A DNA stretch of 64,000 nucleotides from NCBI GenBank assembly GCA_050290185.1, contig JBNKHE010000004.1, positions 192,001 to 256,000 on the forward strand, in the 5' to 3' direction. The stretch comes from Pontiella sp. GTDB lineage: Bacteria > Verrucomicrobiota > Kiritimatiellia > Kiritimatiellales > Pontiellaceae. Below the pieces are notes generated by a model, which was given only the letters and a program-made list of their open reading frames with translations, had not been told where the DNA came from and made no database searches. Of the stretch, positions 60,189 to 64,000 are shown piece after piece. Both the position numbers and the translations under genes were made by a program. The number at the start of each line of letters is the position of its first letter. Within the stretch, counting starts at the first letter, position 1.

Positions 60189-60255
60189 GAAAGAAAAATT
60201 TAAGAAACCTGCCTAATGCAGAGATTTGAAAACATTAAAATTATAAGGAGATAGA

Positions 60256-60471
60256 ATGAAAAAAATCGGCGGTACAATATTCTTTTTTGGAGCGGGATCC
60301 ATAGTTCTATATTTTGTGCATATGGAATTTATCATCTTATCTTGGATTGACATGTGGGGCCCTTTAGTCGGTTGGATAATTCGAGGAGTGTTACTTGTGG
60401 TTGGTGGTGTTCTTTGGCTCATTGGAAGGCCTGATACGGAACAAAAACGACAGTCTGAATTTGCAGAATAA
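60256..60471 (+). CDS. Cassette ORF: small membrane protein
   Basis: AGGAG RBS; two TM segments, WIDMWG. Confidence 0.75.
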   Translation: MKKIGGTIFFFGAGSIVLYFVHMEFIILSWIDMWGPLVGWIIRGVLLVVGGVLWLIGRPDTEQKRQSEFAE

Positions 60472-60476
60472 TTTAT

Positions 60477-60624
60477 ATCGAACCAGCGCGTGGACCTTGC
60501 GCGGTCGCACGCGCTGCGCAGATAATTTATCTGCGATAAATAACGAATGAAATGAGAGGTTCAAACCGTACAATCTATCGTGCCAAATGCTTATTTCCCA
60601 CGCGGGTCACGCCAAACGTTAGGC
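60477..60624 (+). repeat. attC, long family A
   Basis: ATCGAAC...CGGGTCACGCCAAAC GTTAGGC. Confidence 0.92.
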
Positions 60625-60645
60625 ACCTATAAAAAAGGAACAAAA

Positions 60646-60917
60646 ATGAAAAACAGATCAAACGAATATCAGTCGCCCAAACTAGTAAAATCATTGTGAT
60701 TTTATACGTAGTATTCAGCCTGCTGTATTCTCTAATCGGTATTCCAATGATTATCTTTGGTGGTTCTGAAATGAAGATAATGGGCTTCATGTATCTCTTC
60801 ATGCCAATTCTCGCAGGCATCTTTGGGTTTATCGGTTGCTGGGTTTACAACCTGGTTGCAGGGAAATTCGGTGGTGTTGAATTTGAAGTAAAAGACATTG
60901 GAGAAACAATGGCCTAA
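60646..60917 (+). pseudogene. Cassette ORF frameshifted at 5' A-run (DUF3566-like membrane protein)
   Basis: AGGA RBS then ATG AAAAA CAG; one extra A restores MKKQIKRISVAQTSKIIVILY...YNLVAGKFGGVEFE. Confidence 0.7.
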
Positions 60918-60999
60918 CCAGGTCATTGACCCTACTTGGACAACGCCCGTTTTTGAAGGCAAAGTCTGAGTTCCAAGAAGGTCACACGTAACGTTCGAC
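60912..60999 (+). repeat. attC, family B/A chimera
   Basis: GCCTAAC CAGGTCATTGACCCTACTTGG...CCAAGAAGGTCACACGTAAC GTTCGAC. Confidence 0.85.
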
Positions 61000-61014
61000 T
61001 GAGAGGAACATTAT

Positions 61015-61758
61015 ATGATCAAACCAAAAACATTCGTATCTTCAGTAATCCTAACCATGGTTGCGTTAATCTCTCAACATGCTGACGGACAGGTATTGTT
61101 TGGCAGCACCAACGATGGTTCCGGCTCTGGAACTCATTCAGCAGGGCATTTAACCGGACATATAATCTACGTTTCTGAAGAAGCCATCCTCACCCATATC
61201 GGCATCATTTTTGATCAGCCTGGAGGAACGTGCAGAGCAGGAATATACGCAGACTCGGAAGACCAGCCCGGGAAATTACTTGGCGAGATTCCTGCGCTTC
61301 GCATACGTGATCGCGGAGCTACGGAACTTCCCATTGCCGAACCACTGGTTTTATCCCCTGGTAACTACTGGGTTATGATTGCATGTAACCGAGATACGAA
61401 GATTTCAAAGTCACAATCAGCTTCAACCAAGGTTTGTTATCGTCCCTTTGTCTTTGACGAAACCATGCCGGATCCCATAGGTATAACAACTAATTATATG
61501 ACGACCTCAACCGAAGACGTTTATCTCAAGTGCAACTATATTAAAGAAGACGTCTGCCCTTTCTCCTCGGCACCAGCAGGAGAGATTTACTTCCCAACAA
61601 TCAAAGGGAAAGTATATCAGGTTCAGTTTACAGAAGATATAGAATCACCCAACTGGCAACCTTTTGCACCTCCCTTTACGGCAACCGGAGCAAACACCAA
61701 TATATTTTTCTCAACACGCAATACACCAAAACGGCGGTACCGGGTTATTGTAAAATAG
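61015..61758 (+). CDS. Cassette ORF: secreted hypothetical protein
   Basis: Signal peptide; C-terminal YQVQFTEDIESPNWQ...RYRVIVK. Confidence 0.75.
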   Translation: MIKPKTFVSSVILTMVALISQHADGQVLFGSTNDGSGSGTHSAGHLTGHIIYVSEEAILTHIGIIFDQPGGTCRAGIYADSEDQPGKLLGEIPALRIRDRGATELPIAEPLVLSPGNYWVMIACNRDTKISKSQSASTKVCYRPFVFDETMPDPIGITTNYMTTSTEDVYLKCNYIKEDVCPFSSAPAGEIYFPTIKGKVYQVQFTEDIESPNWQPFAPPFTATGANTNIFFSTRNTPKRRYRVIVK

Positions 61759-61763
61759 AATTA

Positions 61764-61899
61764 GTCGAACCAGCGTGTGGACCTTACGCGAGCGCAGATA
61801 ATTTATCAGAGAAAAAACGAGTGAAGCGAGAGGCTCAAAACGCACTCTCCGTCGTGCCTGACGTTGATGGTCCCGCGCAGGTCACACCAGACGTTCGCT
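61764..61899 (+). repeat. attC, long family A (internal deletion)
   Basis: GTCGAAC...GGTCACACCAGAC GTTCGCT. Confidence 0.9.
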
Positions 61900-61911
61900 A
61901 ACAGGAATATT

Positions 61912-62574
61912 ATGATACAAAAATTAATCAAGAACACTCTGATCCCAACGCTGACCTTAATCGGATTAGCAGGATGCCAAGTTTACCATCATGCCGAAAT
62001 TTCTGGGAACGTAATTCACGACCCACAGCTAGGTTGGAATGGTTATACTGTGAATATTCCAGACGGTTACTACATTATACCAAAAAAGGTCGCAGCCGCA
62101 TCAGCTGGCCCCCTTGAGCATCCGGTTAACTGGTTGGTGAAGGAACGCGATATTTACACGCTCTCTCTAGCACTCAATTTTGATGAGCGCTTTCTATTTA
62201 AGAGCGATGATGAGCAATCATACATTTTATTTGCTTCTGAGCGGCTCGATTTTATCAAGAGCCTCAATCAATTCTCAACCGTAATAAAAAAGAGAGTAAT
62301 GTATAATATAAGGGACTACCAAAAGGTCCGGTTAAATGACAGCGATGCATTGTTCGAGCAAATGACCATCAACGGCATGATGGCCTGCCGCGTAAGCGGA
62401 CGGCTACGGCCCTATTTCAAAAAGAATTATCCCACGATTTTTTATGAAGGTTATTTTTTCCTAGGCCACTTAAACGAAACTTTTTGGGTTGAGGGGATTT
62501 CATCGGCAAAAGGTCGAACTGAGCTGCAACGCGGAGTAAAAGAGATGGCGGAAAGCCTGATGAATCCATTATAA
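61912..62574 (+). CDS. Cassette ORF: hypothetical lipoprotein
   Basis: Lipobox LAGC; AGGA RBS before ATG 61912. Confidence 0.72.
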   Translation: MIQKLIKNTLIPTLTLIGLAGCQVYHHAEISGNVIHDPQLGWNGYTVNIPDGYYIIPKKVAAASAGPLEHPVNWLVKERDIYTLSLALNFDERFLFKSDDEQSYILFASERLDFIKSLNQFSTVIKKRVMYNIRDYQKVRLNDSDALFEQMTINGMMACRVSGRLRPYFKKNYPTIFYEGYFFLGHLNETFWVEGISSAKGRTELQRGVKEMAESLMNPL

Positions 62575-62583
62575 TTCAAGATA

Positions 62584-62732
62584 AGCGAATCAGCGCGTGG
62601 ACCTTACGCGGGGCATACGCGCAGCGCAGATAATTTATCGGAGATAAATAACGAGTGAAACGAGAGGTTAAAAACGCATGATTTTCATGCCAGACGTTTA
62701 TGAGCAGCGTCGGGTCACACGTAGCGTTGGGA
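62584..62732 (+). repeat. attC, long family A (R'' AAC>AAT)
   Basis: AGCGAAT CAGCGCGTGGACC...GGTCACACGTAGC GTTGGGA. Confidence 0.9.
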
Positions 62733-62742
62733 GAATGTAAAC

Positions 62743-63537
62743 ATGAAAGTATATCATATTGATGCATTCACCGACGACCTGTTTAAGGGGAATCCTGCTG
62801 GAGTTATCATTCTGAACAATGACGACATCAGCGATGCTCTCAAACAGAGCATCGCAAGAGAATTGAAGCACTCAGAGACTGCGTTTGTCCTCATAAAAGA
62901 AGGACATGTAAATTTAAGGTGGTTTACACCGGAGCGGGAAGTTGACCTTTGTGGTCATGCAACCATTGCGTCAGCTCATATCTTATGGGAGTCTGGAGTA
63001 TTTGATTCTCAGGAGAAAGTGGACTTCCAAACTAGATCAGGCACTCTTCGAGCTATTCACAATAGAGGGAAAATTGAATTGGATTTCCCTCAGCTGTTTG
63101 TAGATGAATGTGAGCAAAACATAATCCTAAACGAAGCTTTTAGGATAGAGCCAGTTTATACGGGAAAGAACTCCAAAAGATACCTGCTCCAAATAGAGAG
63201 TCCTGATGAGCTTAGAAAATTACAGCCTGATTTTGAGTTGCTGAAGAAAGCAGATCTTGGAGCATTCATGATAACCTGCAGATCAGATCGACCGGGTTAT
63301 GATTTTCTTTCGCGATTCTTTGCCCCATGTGTTGGAATTCATGAAGACCCGGTTACCGGATCTGCACATTGTTACCTTGCTCCATACTGGGGTAGGATTC
63401 TCAATAAAAAAACCATGGTTGGTTTTCAGGAATCAAGCCGTACAGGAATCGTTGAATGTGAGCTCCAGGAAAAACATAGATTAAAAATATCAGGACAAGC
63501 TAAAACTGTATTTGAAGCTGAAATGAATATCACCTAA
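62743..63537 (+). CDS. Cassette ORF: PhzF family isomerase
   Basis: IDAFT..FKGNPA, SETAF, EVDLCGHAT, EDPVTGSAHC. Confidence 0.92.
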   Translation: MKVYHIDAFTDDLFKGNPAGVIILNNDDISDALKQSIARELKHSETAFVLIKEGHVNLRWFTPEREVDLCGHATIASAHILWESGVFDSQEKVDFQTRSGTLRAIHNRGKIELDFPQLFVDECEQNIILNEAFRIEPVYTGKNSKRYLLQIESPDELRKLQPDFELLKKADLGAFMITCRSDRPGYDFLSRFFAPCVGIHEDPVTGSAHCYLAPYWGRILNKKTMVGFQESSRTGIVECELQEKHRLKISGQAKTVFEAEMNIT

Positions 63538-63595
63538 CCAGAGCATTCACCCTATCGTTTTCTCCGCGCGCTCAGGGTGATGCTTAACGTTGGCC
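63532..63595 (+). repeat. attC, 64 bp unrelated family
   Basis: ACCTAAC CAGAGCATTCACCCT...AGGGTGATGCT TAAC GTTGGCC. Confidence 0.9.
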
Positions 63596-63606
63596 AGAAA
63601 TAACAA

Positions 63607-64000
63607 ATGAACATTACGAAACTAACAGAAGCTGATCTCCCAGCCCTTGCATCTCTCTACACGCAATTCTGGGGCGAAGAGTCATCAGTGGATAAAATGC
63701 AGTCCACATTTGCTAAACTCCAAGATAATCCTGACTACACCTTCTTAGCAGCACGTCTTGATGATCAAATTGTTGGCTCTGTAATGGGTGTAGTTTGTCA
63801 TGAGCTATACGGGGACTGTAAACCATTCATGGTCGTTGAAGATATGATAATTGATAAGACTGTACGACGGCAAGGTATCGGTTCCCTTTTAATGAATTCA
63901 ATTGAGGAAAAAGCGAAAGAGAGAGAGTGCTGTCATCTTATATTAGTGACCGATACAGACCGATATGATGCACGTCAGTTCTATGAGTCATTGGGATTTG
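63607..64000 (+). CDS. Cassette ORF: GNAT acetyltransferase (partial)
   Basis: Manual translation MNITKLTEADL...VEDMII..RRQGIG..ARQFYESLGF. Confidence 0.85.
   Translation, partial: MNITKLTEADLPALASLYTQFWGEESSVDKMQSTFAKLQDNPDYTFLAARLDDQIVGSVMGVVCHELYGDCKPFMVVEDMIIDKTVRRQGIGSLLMNSIEEKAKERECCHLILVTDTDRYDARQFYESLGF

Larger units (their letters stand above)
51240..64000 (+). mobile_element. Integron-type gene cassette array with no adjacent 5' integrase (CALIN-like); continues beyond window
   Basis: 17 full and 2 half attC palindromes between co-oriented AT-rich ORFs. Each cassette's R'' is mostly complementary to the preceding R' (e.g. GTTCGGC/GCCGAAC, GTTGGAT/ATCCAAC, GTTAGGC/GCCTAAC). Confidence 0.95.

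Noticed and set aside
53361..63595. CRISPR or REP interpretation of the repeats
   Set aside because: The repeats are 64-149 bp with AAC/GTT ends and bulged L boxes, and they are separated by whole genes, which fits attC. No cas or RAYT gene is present.

Overview
Bacterial chromosomal window; the gene content suggests a PVC-superphylum organism, possibly Kiritimatiellota (inference only). Bases 1-51177 are GC-rich host genes. They include partial recJ; an HptB/HsbR/HsbA-like partner-switch operon interleaved with two phosphoglycosyl-transferase genes; a CDF transporter; tgt-yajC-secDF; a glycogen cluster; ilvBN; rlmN; adjacent pntAB and nfnAB transhydrogenases; a XylR-linked xylan locus (GH115, GH10, GPH transporter, GH43); coaX; nadC; and a duplicated DUF3857/transglutaminase. 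From about 51200 to the end the sequence is visibly AT-richer and forms an integron-type gene-cassette array: 17 full attC sites, 2 half sites and co-oriented ORFs. There is no integrase at its 5' end, but a good sigma70 promoter and an attI-like core site lie there. The dominant attC family occurs as a ~90 bp form and a ~148 bp form. The two differ by a discrete ~58 bp module of top-strand GNA-triloop hairpins with compensatory base changes. The array also holds an ORF-less cassette, a chimeric attC, core-mutated attCs, a frameshifted gene and cassettes with lineage-type sorting signals.
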